Shown piece by piece: positions 48,533 to 62,554 of a stretch of 64,000 bases of DNA (positions are counted from its first letter, which is position 1; each line of letters starts with the position of its first letter). The stretch is from NCBI GenBank assembly GCA_964016885.1, contig OZ024741.1, positions 83,638,001 through 83,702,000 of the forward strand, written 5' to 3'. Source of the stretch: Eledone cirrhosa. Its lineage: Eukaryota. A program made the position numbers and the translations under genes. The notes beneath the pieces were generated by a model. The model was given only the letters and a program-made list of their open reading frames with translations, was not told where the DNA came from and made no database searches.

Positions 48533-48599
48533 ATATATAAACATACGTATATATACGTGGGTGTGTGTCTGCATATATATATATAAGTATGTATGTATA

Positions 48600-51528
48600 C
48601 ACCGACCGGCCCGCCGCTGCCCCGAACAGTTCAGCAAAGTGCTGCTGAAAAGCTTCACACATCTGCTCGGGTCGAACAACACGCACCCGTCTTGGTCAAA
48701 TAAAGATCGAATTGTGGCTTTGTTGCCACGTCGCGCCTCTGCCACCCGGGCCCATTGGCCCGCTTTTGTCCCCCCGTGTTTCAGAGCACGCGCTCTCGCT
48801 CTGACAACGCAGCCTTCGTGTTTTGCGTTGAAGAATTGGTCGAGTGCCAATCTCGCCGCAAGCACGTCGGTTGCTATGCCTGTCCTAAACGCCTCTTCTG
48901 GCTTTCTGTCTAGCTCTCCCTCTACTCTATTTTCCTCTATCACTAGTCCTTTGCTAAACCTAATCGACTGTACTTTAATTGTCCTTTTCGGGGCGAACAA
49001 CCACCTGTTGTTTACGACGGCTCCCGTCAACGCCCGCTTAACTCCTACGCTAATCCGGTCTCTGTAGGCTTTGCGCGCCGGGAAAGACGATGTTCAGCTT
49101 CCAGTAAGCGGGCCCCTGACTATGAAGTCCGTCTATGTCGATCTCACAGATCACACATTTGTGGTCTGTGTAGTCGACTATTTTAAATTGTGGACAACTT
49201 ATACTAGCCTTATCTAGTTCTCTGCAGAATACCCTATCGAGATACGATCTGGATGACCCGATGTTGTTTGTCCATGCCCACATTGGCACATTCGAGTGAT
49301 CCAGTCGATACCTGTAAGACAGTTCAAAACGTCTGTGCAGGTTGGTGAGGCTCTTGCACCCTCCTGCTCTATCCACTAGCCCCACACAATCCCAGCGTGC
49401 ATCCAAGATACCGTTCCAGTCGCCCACTAACACTAAAGAGCGGAACGTTCCAAGAAAGGTCTCTAGACGTCTGAAGAAATCTGGCCGTCCTGCCCCAGTT
49501 GGGGCGTAGATGGCTACTAACCTAAAAGCGTTGCTTTCGGTACCGCTTACGTCCAGCACCACCGACTTACCTTCTGGGTCCAGGAAGATGGTCCGTATGG
49601 CGAGACCCAAGCCTTTCCGAAACAACACATCCCCCTCCCCCCACTCTCGGACGGCTCGGAGATGCGTACACCTCGTAACCGGAGAAGATCGGTGCGAAAG
49701 CTTGCATTTCGGAGATTCTCGTCTCGCTGATGGCCACGACATGTTTAATGACCTGAGGTCGTTAAGAAAGTGACCCTGTTTCAAAACCAAATACGGCCCT
49801 GACCCTGCTTCCGATCCTGAATACGGCCATGTTGGGTGAGGAACGGGGCAAGTGAGAAAGGATCACTTACCTTGATTGTCTGTTGAATCGTCTGTTCGGC
49901 TGGTCGTCGGCTCTTCTGTGAGCATATCCGAGTATACTCTCCGGTTGAGTGTCCCTCCTAGGTCTCTGAAATCACCAACTGCGTTGGGGAATTTCATTTT
50001 AATGTTTGTGTATTGTTTCTGTGATATTCTTACCAGTCTTATGTTCGTTGGTGTTTTGATTGGTGCTGGTATGATCTAATCGTGCTGTGAAATGTCTGTG
50101 TTCAATTATGTAAGTCATTAGATTCTTGTGTGTATTTATTGCTTTACATTTCTTTTTCTGGGAGTGGGGTGTGGTTCTGCTATTTTCTTGTCGTTGTTGC
50201 TGAGTGTGTGTGTGTTTTGTTGTTGTGTTTGCGATGTTGGTGCTTGTGGTGGTGTTGTTGAAGGTGTTGTGTTGCGGTGGGGTTGCCGTCGGTGGTGATG
50301 GTAGTGATAGAGTGAGTGGTGATGGTGTTGGTGGTGTTGCTGCTGTAAGTCTCTTTGCCGTAGCCTTCACCCTATTTTCATTTCTTCCCTCCCTTTTCGA
50401 AGGCGACGATGCGCTGCTTCTGCGTTTGTGCCTTCTTGCGACCTTTTGCCATCCCTCTCCCACCCCACACTCCAAGTCTGATTCTGTGAGGTCGGGGAGG
50501 GGTACAAGCACCACTCTTTCACTTGTTCTTGTTGGTGATGGTTGCAGTGGAGTCGCTGTTGCAGCTGGAGTTGGTATTACTGTTGTTGTTGTTAATACTT
50601 CCACTGCTACTGCTGTTCTTGATTTCCGTGGCGTGGGTATGGGGGCCACGGACCTATCATTCCTGCTTGCCGCTTGTCCTGTTGCTGGTAGCAGTGGAGC
50701 CGGTTTCGGTAAGAGGGGGGTATCCTTTCTCAGGGTCTTCTCAATACAGAAGGCCCTGAGGTGAGTCTTCGACCCACAGCGAAAGCATTTCGGGCGTTTG
50801 CACTTGGGAAGTTGAGTGCAGTTATCGAAGTCTATCACATCCGGGATAGCTTCGATGAACTCCTGGTTGGTTTGTATTAACATCTCAATGGAGGCGTTGA
50901 CTCAATCTTCTCGTACTTTTTTCTGTACTTGCAGTACGGTTGTTTTGTCTTCGATTACAACGAGGACAGACGCGGCCAGCCAAGAAGGGGACATCCGGGG
51001 GGTGGGTGGGGGGACTTGGGTCAGTTTGACCCTCACAATCTTTTGCCCGCAGTAGGAGGGCTCCAACACCATTTCCTCGCTCCTTAGGTTTACTAAGGAT
51101 TGAGCCTTTGCCTCCTGGGGTGTAGCTAAAAGCACGTCCACGGTGGCATATTTCTTGCCTCAAGTGATATACGTTTTCCGCTGCCACACAGACCCTAAGG
51201 CTTTTTTGTATTTGAGCCTCTGTGGCTCTTTCAGCCCTACGTGATTTTGTGCTTACTGTACAGTACGTGACTGTACAGTGCTGTTGGGGTTCGAAAAATT
51301 CTTGTGCTGCCTTGCAGATTGCTCGGTGTCCGGTTTTTGTCACCATCTTCCTTGCTTCCTGTAATTCCTCATTTGTTATAAGGATGGTTTCCAGGTTCTT
51401 TGCAATACCTGCAAACGAGATTGTTTTTTCTTTTTGGTTGTTGTTGTCGTCAGAGCTGCTGTTACTTTTGTTGTTGCTGCTGGCACTACGACCGCCGCCG
51501 CCGCTGTTGCTGTTGTTGTTGTTGCTGT

Positions 51529-51560
<32 letters not shown>

Positions 51561-52170
51561 CTGTTGCTGTTGCTGCTGTTGTTGTTTATGCTGCTGCTGA
51601 TGTTGTTGCGGCTGCTACTAGTATTTTCCTCGCCACTGTTGCTGCTGCTGCTATTATTCATGACGTCAGACGAATGAAATGGCTTTCCGTATTTACCGCA
51701 CACATCTTTCGTCGTTGTCGTCGTCGTGGAGAAATGTTCCACGGTACACGCATTCTCTTGATGAAGAACACTACGAGAAACTACATTTTTCTTTTTCTTT
51801 AATGGCGACGCTTGCAAAAGAGGCGACAACGGCGACACCACATTTAGAGAAGGGATGGAGAGAGACAATCTTTTCTCTAACATAATGACGTTTGGGGAAG
51901 AAGAAGACGGAAGGAGTGGGAGTGACTTGTGAAAATTCTTTTTTGTAGCCATGTTTTTTTTACGGTTTAAAATGAATATTGGGCTCAAAACTCCAATAAC
52001 TGGTTATTTAACGCCAAAGGGCCAAATAACGGGCGGAAAGCCGCCTCTCACGAGGAGGAGGGTGACTTTATCTACAATTTGGTTCAAGTTTTAAACAATT
52101 TACAATTGTTATAACTGGTAATAAATTACTATACCTTATAGAGCCAAGCCTCCGTCAACGATGGCATTCA
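48600..52170 (-). mobile_element. Tx1/L1-group LINE: ORF1 and APE present, RT and 3' end lost
   Basis: CFRCGSKTHLRAFC knuckle; ORF2 ATG at 49830; AIYAP, VGDWN, YLDR, TDH, YWKLN; breaks off at [14 protein letters not shown]; (AAT)n at the 5' flank. Confidence 0.88.
51436..51660. repeat. (GTT/GCT)n trinucleotide expansion inside Tx1 ORF1 (poly-Asn/Ser on the minus strand)
   Basis: Direct; ORF 50885-51988. Confidence 0.85.
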
Positions 52171-52768
52171 ATAATAATAATAATAATAATAACAATAAAG
52201 AAAATATAATGAAAGAAGAAAAAAATAAAACAGGAAGAAATAAGAGTGTGTTTAACCTTGCCATATTTGTAAATGCAACTAGATCATATGTGAGATGTAA
52301 TAAAGAGAAAGAATGGTGAGAAGAAGATGAGAGGCAGGAGAGTGATATTGATAGAGTGATAACTAGAAAATGATTAATATGTATTTATGTACATGCGTAC
52401 ATCTGTATGATAGCTAGTCGGAAAGGGAAATAGAAAAGGAGAGACAAGGAGATGGAAAGAGAGCGATGACGAGAAAGTAAGAAAGGAATACGATGTTATA
52501 ATTTTGAAGGACATAATTCGGAAGAGTTTTATGGCCAGTTCAAAATGGAGATCCGGTGGACCAATAAATAAACAAAACGAAATGAATAACGGAATGAATA
52601 AAATAGATTGTCAAATAAAAATATGAACATAATATACCATGCATTATATTGAATGGCGTAGTGTTTTATTATCATACGGGACTGAATGTAACGGCAGAAC
52701 GGAACCTCCGATCTCTTTGAGGTTTCATGGGGAAAAAGGAGAAAATATAATGTTGCTGCTCCAATAAT

Positions 52769-52951
52769 AATTGTTTCTACTTTTGGCACAAGGTCAGCAA
52801 TTATCCCAGTGCATTACTGGTACTTTATTTTATCGACCCCGTAAGGATGAAAGGCAAAGTTAACGTCGGCGGGATTTGAACTCAGATCATAAAGAGAGGT
52901 AACTCTATGCTTCAAAGCATGGCGTCCGACCCTTACCGATACTGCCAATCC
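52769..52951 (-). mobile_element. tRNA-derived SINE (same family as 39859)
   Basis: Sequence similarity, box B. Confidence 0.85.
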
Positions 52952-52965
52952 ACCGAACTCTATAT

Positions 52966-53003
<38 letters not shown>

Positions 53004-53006
<3 letters not shown>

Positions 53007-56000
53007 TTTCATTATTGGCCACAAGAGCCGACATAGAGGGGACAATACAAAAGACAGGAACAGTTGGGGGTTTACATATACAACGTGTAAACAATATAAA
53101 TAAGAATAACAAAATAACAAAAACATACAAGAAAGATTCCCCAATGGATTCCCCTCGGGTACCCCATCAATCCTGAACGACCCGAGGCTTCGAGCGTATC
53201 CGGGAAGGGCACCCCTCTCCTCCTCAAATTTACCTACCTACAGGCGCATGATCAGAGTAGGCCCACTCACACGGGCCATTCTCGTCATATTCACCCACCT
53301 TTCAGCAAATGTACCGGAGGCAGCACTTCTCTCTGCACCCTCACCTTCCTTTCGAAGTGTAACTTGAAAAAGTTGATGATGGATTGGCCGAAGAGAAAAT
53401 TGTCTGTCCTCAGTCCTTTCAACCTGGTCCACCATATAACCTCTTTCGCTACTGCTACCAGACAGAGGAAAATTGCCTGCCATTCCAAGCCAAAAGAAGG
53501 CGGCGTGTCGATCTTCACTATGGACTCGGCCGATAACCGGATCCGTTCTACACGCGATAACAGCTGTTCGATATAACTCCACAAGTCAGTAATGCACGGA
53601 CACTGGACGAGTGTGTGCAGAACAGCTTCTTCGCTCTGCATACATCTCGGGCAGGTCCATCTGACAGCACTTCCGTCACTGTAGAGTTTATCTCGAACCG
53701 GCAGTGCCCTTCGGTAGCACTGACAAGCGAGTGATTTTTGGAAATTATCCATCGTCCCCAGCTCGAAAGTCCTTCGGAACAGACTGGTTAGTTCGACTTC
53801 CTCGACGCCCAGAGCCTCTCCGAGTGCGTCATCGCACTCTCCGACCACTAATCCTCTATAGAACTCGAGAGTGGAAGTTCCACTGTCCGCATTGCCCGCC
53901 TGGTAGAGGGCAGTTAGTGCCTGGCAGTATTCCAGATGTCAGTCACCCAGTCTCGGTCTCTTCTTGACACAGGACTGCAGCTCACTCAAAGAGACGACCT
54001 GCGGAAAGGCCCGCCTGACAAACGGCGACCACACCTGTTCACCGTTTAGCAGAATATCTGGAGAGGACGCACCCTCAGCGCGTGTCTGCGCATCATTAGC
54101 CACGATATATCCAGCCCTCCTCTTTTGATAGCCCCCCACCATCTATTGTTGACGACTCCCCCTGTCAACTTTTTCTTAACTAAATTGTTGACCCGATCCC
54201 TGTAAGCCTTACGTGCCGGAATCGACACGTTCAGCTTCCAGTAACCAGGTCCTAACCTATGCGTCTTATCTAACTCGACCATACTGATCACAAACTTGTG
54301 ATCTGAATAGGCGATCGTATGTAATTGTAGACACTCTATAATATCTTTATCCACTCAGCTAATAAGTACGATCTAGATGTCCCTAAGCGATTTGTCCAGG
54401 TCCACACTGGCGCATTAGGGAAATCTAGTCGGTATCTGTCAGACAGTTGGAACTAGCTGATCAGGTACTTGAGGCTTTTGCAACCCTCGCTCCTATCAGA
54501 TACTCTCACACAGTCCCAGCGTGCGTCTAAGATACCGTTCCAGTACCCCGCTAACAGTAAAGGGCGAGACGTACACAGAAAGGCTTCCAGGCGTCTAAAG
54601 AAATCCGGCCGTCTTGTCCCGGTAGGGGCGTAGACTGCCACCTGTCTAAAGGCACTACCTTTGCTATTGCTCACGTCCTAGGCCACCAACTTACCGGCCG
54701 GGTCCCGGAAGATCGATCTTACCTCGAGATCCAGGTTTTTCCTAAACAGCTCTGCCACCCCCCCCCCCCCATTGCTGGCCGACTAACAGATGCAAATATC
54801 TGATAGTCGTCGAAAATAGGGGCTAGCCCGCGCGTGTCGGAAATCCAGGTGTCGCTGACAGCAATTATATCCATTTCTAGAGACCTGAGGTCGTTGAGCA
54901 GGTGGCACTGCTTCCAGGACGATCCCAGGTTTCGAACATTTAAACATCCTACTCTTAATATGGCCATGTTGGCAAGCTAAAAGGGAGAGGAAAGGTTTAC
55001 TTATCTCCCGGGCTCTTGTGAATGTGGGGTGGTTTGGCCTCCATAGTTGGTGGGGTTTCTTTGGGGAACCCCTTTAAAAGCCTACTTGAGGCTTTTACAC
55101 TGGGTGTTCCCACATCGTTGGGGAATCCCTCCCTTATTGTTTTATAATTACTTAGTGTCATTCGCACCAACAAAAGTGTCTGTAGCACCTTGAAGGTGCA
55201 GGTGTTAAACGCCTTCCCTTCTTCTCTATTTCCTTACTTCGTGTTATGAGGCTCAGTAATTTTGTGTTCGATTTCCTCACTAACATGAAGTTAGGTGTTG
55301 TGGTTGTAAATTGTTGCTGTGTGTGTTTCCTTTTAGTTGTTTGTGTTAGTGGTAGTGTTGTTGTTGGTGGAGATGGTGTTTGTATTTACGGTTGTGTTTT
55401 TGCGGGGGAGGGTGTTGTAGTATGTGTGTCTGTGTTTCGTGCGAATATGTATTTTCAGTTTGCTGTTTGTGTTGGTGTGTGAGATTTCTTCTTGTGTTTT
55501 CTTTTTTGTTTTTTTATGGCTTTTGGTGTTCCTCATCATCTTCGCTTAGTGATGAAGAGGTTTCTGTGTTTGTGTCAGATGTTAGTGGCAGTGCGTGCAT
55601 GGGTGTGTGTGTGTGTGTTCGAGAGGGAGGGGGCGGGAGAACTTCTTTGGGGTGGCCTCTGGGTAGTCTTGGTTGTCTTTGCAGTTGTTGGTTTTGCTGC
55701 AGATTTTGGAGTTGGTGTTGTCTTTTCACGATGAGGCCCCGGCGTGGGCAGTAGTGGAGACTTTTGACCCCTTGCATTTTTCAACAGCTGAAGGCAGAAC
55801 GCTCGCAAGTGTTTTTTTTTACCGCAACTGAAACAGTGCGGCCCCCATTCTTCAGCAATCACTTGTAGAGCCGTCCCGTTTTGTCCAGGTGGAATCCTGG
55901 GAATGCGGACTCTAATTGTTCTTTTTCCCATGTGGGAGGGGTACTTAATAACCTTGCTGGTTTTGCAAAGGGGTCGTCGAGTGCTTCAAAGCGAGGGCCT

Positions 56001-56450
56001 CCGACTTAAACAGCACCGAGATGGTGCCGTATTGTTGACTCCTAGCTACGTACTCTGTATCTCCTCTGATGCACCTTAGCGCAGCCTCGACGTCTTTTTC
56101 GGGAGAGTTTGTGGCTCTTTTCGTCTTAGCTGAGATGCATCTGAAGTCCAGAATTCTCTTCTCCACCGCTTCTATGGCCTCTGCAGGACAGTTAAGTTGG
56201 CCCAGGTTTGCTCCTGTTTGATGAGCTTCCATGCCTTGGCCAACTTTGTTTCCTTGTTTGTCAAATCCATGTTGAAGCATAGCGAAAGTGTTGTTGTTGT
56301 CGTTGTTCCTGTTGGTGTTGCTGCTGCTATCACAGTTACAGCCGGCTATATCTTTGGTGCCGCCGCTGCTGCCGCTGTCGCCACTTATGGTGGTGGTTAT
56401 GATGGCGATGATGAAATACACTCTACTTCAACTAATTAATGAAGAATATA
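53004..56450 (-). mobile_element. Tx1/L1-group LINE with internal deletion of the RT; ends in (AAT)n
   Basis: CFSCGKKKHLRAFC; ORF2 MAILRVGCLNVR at 54967; junction WWGAIKR|GGL at ~54120; C-terminal CPRC..E..H..C zinc finger at 53291-53848. Confidence 0.88.
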
Positions 56451-57440
56451 GTGTGATTTACAAAAATTAATTTTTTTCCTACTAACATTTTCCATATCTA
56501 AACTTATATTTCGAGATATAAATTTAGATAAGAAACATAAAAATGTGTGGTTTTCATTCTAAGAATTAGTAGTTGTTTTGGTCGACTTAGTATCAAAAAA
56601 GCATGTAATAATTAAAATTAATCATTGTCCATGATACCCGGGGACTCAAGATATCTAATTAGAAATATTTTCCTCATAACGAGTATATCGCCTTTAATAA
56701 TATAAATATTCATCGGCTTGTGAAATGAAAGTTTTGGTGACAAATATAGTGTGCGTCGTAGTGTCTCCATCCTTTACACACAGAGGTCATCAAGCAAAGC
56801 CTAGCAAGCAATACTCCTAACAGTGATGGAATCGAATCCTAGGTGCTACGTACATTAGATGTGGTACCTAACAAGGTTTCCGAGTCCCATGTGCTTGAAA
56901 TCCGGGTCAGAGTTGTCCACTTTCAGCTGATTGAGATCAAAAGCTGATGTGCCTAGCGTTTAGATATAGTTATACCACCAAACTTTCGGTCGAGCCATGA
57001 CATTACATATTCCGTGGAGAGCATGGATACAAACGAAAAGTTGTGCTACCGACATAGTAATTTCGTAGAAATCGTTGCTAGTGATCCTGTGCGAAGGAAA
57101 TGACGAGAGTGACCATGTGGGGTACATTACACAATGAAAACAAAGGCTATGATTTGCGCATGTGCTTTCATTGAGTAAGCGGTAGGTCAGGCACCGAAAA
57201 AACCCACCGTCACCAATAATAATTTATAACATCGCATCCTAAAATCCAATTATTTTTTACTAATCTCTATCTTGTTCTGACTTCAGTAACCACAGTTCTA
57301 CTGCGCCTTGGACGGAAATGGAGGTTATGAATGGTTTATTTCATTTTTATGCAGAGACAATCTGATCGCGCGCGTGCGCGTGTGCATGTGCGTTTACGGG
57401 AGGCCTTTTTGTGCAACAGTCTTTGTACGTGTTATTGAAT

Positions 57441-57561
<121 letters not shown>

Positions 57562-58244
57562 CATATATTAATATATTAATATATTACATATATATACATA
57601 CTTATATTAATATATATATATTTATGTGTGTGTGTGTGTGTATGTTTGAGCATATGTATATCCATACTTGTGTTTGCCCGATCGTGCGCAAGAAATCCGA
57701 AAAACATTAAGATACATGTACAAACGTAAAATCAGAGATAGGTTTATCTTAGAGATCTTATTATCCGCATAAAGAAACAATAGTTTCGCATATGTGCACA
57801 TCGTTAAATTCACCCGACAGTTCTTTGAGGTAATATATAAGCATGTTCTTCGTTGGGAAAATCCAATAAGAAGCAATAAAATTGGCTTTAGAGCGATAAT
57901 ACCATGTCAGAAGTTCATTCCGATGAAGAATACTACAGATCAGAAGAGATGAAATGATTAACAACACATTTTTTGTGGTTGAATTTTATTGTTTTTACAT
58001 ACAACATGTTGGCATTCACACAACCATCTTCTCGTTTAAAGAAAGGATTGGAAATCGTAGCTCTTTGAAGTTTAAGGGTTTAGGTTGAATGCTTTTTATC
58101 ATATCAATGTTACATCTAACTACACTAATACCACGCCTGCCAAGTAGCTGAAACAACACACCATCAAGAGCACTGTACTATATACGTGACAAACATATAC
58201 TCTTAAATTCTCGGAATTCCAACGCAGCTGGCAAATGGAGTGGG

Positions 58245-59253
58245 GGTTTAGGTTGTTTCAGGGGTTTCGGGTTTCAAGAGGTTTCGGAGTATTTGGGGAT
58301 TCGAGCGGTTTCGGAGGTTCCGTGGATTTGGGCGGTTTCGGGGATTTCAGGTATTTTCTAGTTTAGGGAGAGTCGGTGATTTGAGGTTTTTGTGGTTTCG
58401 GGTTATTCGGTGGTTTAGGGTGTTTCTGGTGTATAAGTGGTTCGTGGACTTTAGCTGTTTCGGGGTTTAGGCGATTTAGGCGGTTTCGGGTTTTAAGGCG
58501 GGGTTTTTTGCGGTTTCGGTGGTTTCTGGGGTTTAGTGGTTTTCTGGGATTTAAGGTGTTTGGAAAGGTTCGGTGGTTTCGGGGTCAAGGCGGTTTGGGG
58601 GGGGGTTCGTGTTTAGGGTGTTGGGGGGTTTAGGCGGTTATGGGGCTTTTAGGGCTTTAGACGATTTCGAGAGATTGGCGGCTTGGGCGGTTTCGGGGAT
58701 TTTGCGGTTAGAGATGGTATCGGAGGATTCGGGGTTTTACACTGTTTTGGGGGTTTCGTGGTTTTAGGTTGATCCGGATGGTTTGGTTGTTTGGGGGCGT
58801 TAGGCGGTTTAGGGGATCAAAGCTTTAGGAGATTTCGGGGGAATCGGGAGTTTTTCGGTTTCAAGGGTTCAGGGTTTTTAGAGCGTTTCTGTGAATGCAG
58901 TGGTTTATGGGTTTTCGGGCATCAAGGGGTATATGGCGGTTTCAGGAGATTCGGGGTGTTAGGAGTTTTGGGGGGATTTGGGGATTTAGTGGGTGTCGGG
59001 AATACAGGGATTTAGGTGGTTTCGGATTTACGGGTTTAGGCGGTTTCGGGAGTTTCGGGGGGCTTCGGGGATAACGGAGGTTTAGGTGGTCCGGTGGATT
59101 CGGATTTTAGGCGGTTTTGGGTGTTTCGTGGTTTTCAGGTTGTTGCTGGGTTTTCTTGGATTTAGTCGGTTGCGGGGGTTTTCGGTGTTTGGGATGTGTC
59201 GAGTGTTTCGGGGATTTAGGCGGTTTCGAGGTGTTCAAGCGGTTTCGGGTTTG
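58245..59253 (+). repeat. Degenerate G/T-rich ~9-bp minisatellite (GGTTTCGGG / GGTTTAGGC), telomere-like
   Basis: Recurrent ggtttcggg, tttaggcgg and tttaggg; strong strand skew. Confidence 0.85.
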
Positions 59254-60399
59254 AGCATATACACACTCGTTGTCAACACAATCCCTATTTTCCATCATCT
59301 TTTACTTCACTACATTTTTCTTCCTCTCGTTAATGTTTAACAAAACATATAACTTGAAATGTGTACAGGCTACTTCTCACGTCTTAGAGTTTAGCTAAAA
59401 TTCCTAATTTTTACCGCATTCCATATTGTTTTTGATTTTCTCACTCTTTGCTCAATATATATATATTCGTTTTGTTCATCATGCAAAACCTATATAGACA
59501 CTAGTCTATTTCCATGTCTATACCGGTTGAGTGAATGTCACCGAAGAAACATTAACGCACTTCGAAACGGCACTGCGTAGCATTCTCGATTGCTACTAGG
59601 AATTTTTACGGAGGAAACAGAAGAACAATTCTGTACGAAGAGGTATTTTTTATTAGCGACTGTAGCAATATATTTATTGTATATAAACATACATTATATT
59701 GGTTCATATACACCACATTTCTTTCTCTCTATCTCTCCCTCTCTCTCTCCCTCTCTCTCTTTCTTTCTTTCTCTCTCTCTCTCTCGCTGTCTCTCTCACT
59801 CTTTATATATATATATATTAGGATTGGTGCTCTGAAATAGCTATGTATACAGGAATGTTTGTATAGTATATTTGGCAATATACCGTCTATAGACTTCTGA
59901 CTGAGGAATGCTCTCAAAACTGACCAATGGGAAGTTTGACATTTTTTTGTTATTTTGTTCCTTTACCACCTTGTTCCTTCTACCACTTTATAAATTTTTT
60001 AAGCTAACTCCAACAATAACAACACTACCAATACAAGAATTGAGGTCAGATGTACCTAACAATAACAAGAACAACAACTACAGATTGGCTTACCTCAGAA
60101 TGAACTTCTATAGACTTTTGAATGAGGAATGTTCTAACAACTGACTAATGAGAGGAGAAGAGGCCCTTTGACACTGAAATTCGTTTGTTTGAATTCATAT
60201 GATTCCAGTTCCTCAGTGAAATAACAACTCAACCAGGAACTGGTCATATCAGAGTATTGACAAAATTATACACCTCAACAACATATGTACTTGTCTATAC
60301 CACACTAATTCGGCCAAAGATGGCTGTCACCGAAATATATATAGCAGTCAGAAACGAAGCTAAATTTTAAACATTTGACTTTTTATTTTATTTTATTTT

Positions 60400-60413
60400 A
60401 TATACATATATAT

Positions 60414-60509
<96 letters not shown>

Positions 60510-60657
60510 ATATATATAAAGTATATGTATGTATATATATATAAAGTATATATATGTATGTATATATATACAAAGTATATGTATGTATATATATATAAAG
60601 TATATATATGTATGTATATATATATAAAGTATATATATGTATGTATATATATATAAA

Positions 60658-60731
<74 letters not shown>

Positions 60732-60750
60732 ATATATATATATAAAGTAA
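60400..60750. repeat. (TA)n with AAAG/TG-interrupted units
   Basis: Direct. Confidence 0.95.
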
Positions 60751-60953
60751 TATCGTGCCCTAATATTTTTATCACAAAAATATGCTAGTAATAGATAAAG
60801 TAAAAACCACAGTTAAAAATACTTCTGATAAATAAAGCAACAAAAGTAAAAAAAAAGTTTAAATCATTTCTCACTCACAAGAAAAGTGGCGCCTAAAAAC
60901 CAAGTGGGTAGCTTATTTATTTAATTATTTATTTATTTATTTATTTATTTAAC

Positions 60954-60985
<32 letters not shown>

Positions 60986-61746
60986 TTTTATTTATGAAAT
61001 TATTTATTTATTTATTCATTTCGTTTCAAATAACAGTATCAGAAGACAGGAAAACAATACAAGAAAATAAATATGTATAGAATTAATAAAAAAAAAAAAT
61101 ATTATTACATTTATTTATTGGCCAATATTAATAATAATAATTATAACAAAAACAACAATAATAATAATAATAATAATAATGACGACGATGATGATGATGA
61201 TGATGTGGAGGAGGATGATGGTGGTGATGAACTAATAAAAGACTAGATCTAAATCCATGTTGTTGTTTTCTAACACAATTAAATCAACTTTCGTATTCTA
61301 TTTAAAACTTGTTGCTGCACAAACTGTGCAGCATTGTCAATTATGCATTAGAATGTGTCACGTATAATGGATTCTCAGGTAAATCTGTGTGATTATCTTG
61401 CATTATTAATTTTTCAGTAGCGGCCATTTTGTTTGTCAGTGTTAACGTTTCCTCATTTTTAAATGATACTCTACTTCAAATATATTTGTTTGTTTTTTTA
61501 AATATATTTTCATAAGTGTTTTATGCCCCGGGGTGGGTGTGTTCTTGTATGTGTATTTTAGAGGTGTGCATGATTGTACGTGTGAACGTTTGGGCGTGTG
61601 TGTGTGTGTGTGCGTGTGTGTGTGTGTGTGTGTGTATGTGTGTGTGCGATTCCGCTTGTTTTGCGAATGTGTTAATTATTATTTCTAACAGTATCATCTT
61701 GACTGTACGTGTTTGATGTTAGCTATCTCTTGACTGCTCATTTAGT

Positions 61747-61845
<99 letters not shown>

Positions 61846-62370
61846 TCATTATATACTCTGGATGTGTAAATACGATAAACATACGACTCATCTCGCTATC
61901 AAGGAATAATGCTATTTCGGAACAAAAAAAAACAAAAAACATTTTTCTATATTTTGTTTCAGTGAATATATTGTAAAGTTTGCCAATACAGTAGAGAATA
62001 CCAGACAGTGTAACATCAAAGATACAGGCACGGACTTCTCCTTCGAATGGTTGATTTAAAAAAGATCGGGATCCTGCATTAATGGAAAGAAAAATTGTTA
62101 CTTATAACCAGATTAAATATGGAATATTCTCAGAATCCTATCTTCGAATAATACCCTTTTTGATTTCTTCAACCGCTGTTCACATGAAACGAAATTCATT
62201 TTCAATAGATAGTCGATAATCAGGCTATTAGAGAGCTGACAATCATAAATTAAGTGTATTTCTATATCTATGGACAAAGATTACCTCCTTTACTAAATTA
62301 TATTACAGTTTACACCTTTACTTTATCCAGATTATTTGCAACTCTCAGGCCTCTGTCATTTATACCATAT

Positions 62371-62554
62371 AATTGTTTCTACTTTTGGCACAAATCCTGC
62401 AATTATTCCAGTGCATTACTGGTACTTTATTTTATCGACCCCGTAAGGATGAAAGGCAAAGTTAACCATGGCGGGATTTGAACTCAGATCATAAAGGGAG
62501 GTATCTCTAAGCTTCAAAGCATGGCGTCCGATCCTCTACCGATACTGCCAATCC
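62371..62554 (-). mobile_element. tRNA-derived SINE (same family as 39859)
   Basis: Sequence similarity, box B. Confidence 0.85.

Noticed and set aside
56560-57260. Complex unique region as a host exon or MITE (ttggtgac/gtcaccaa inverted match)
   Set aside because: The match is only 8 bp and there is no supported ORF or TSD; it cannot be classified from sequence alone.
59887-60151. ~45-bp imperfect direct repeat pair as mini-LTRs or exon duplicates
   Set aside because: No TG..CA ends, TSD, PBS or convincing splice and ORF context.
60197-60249. Hairpin atatga..ccagttcct/aggaactgg.tcatat as a pre-miRNA
   Set aside because: The stem is only ~15 bp with a 21-nt loop, and there is no supporting evidence.
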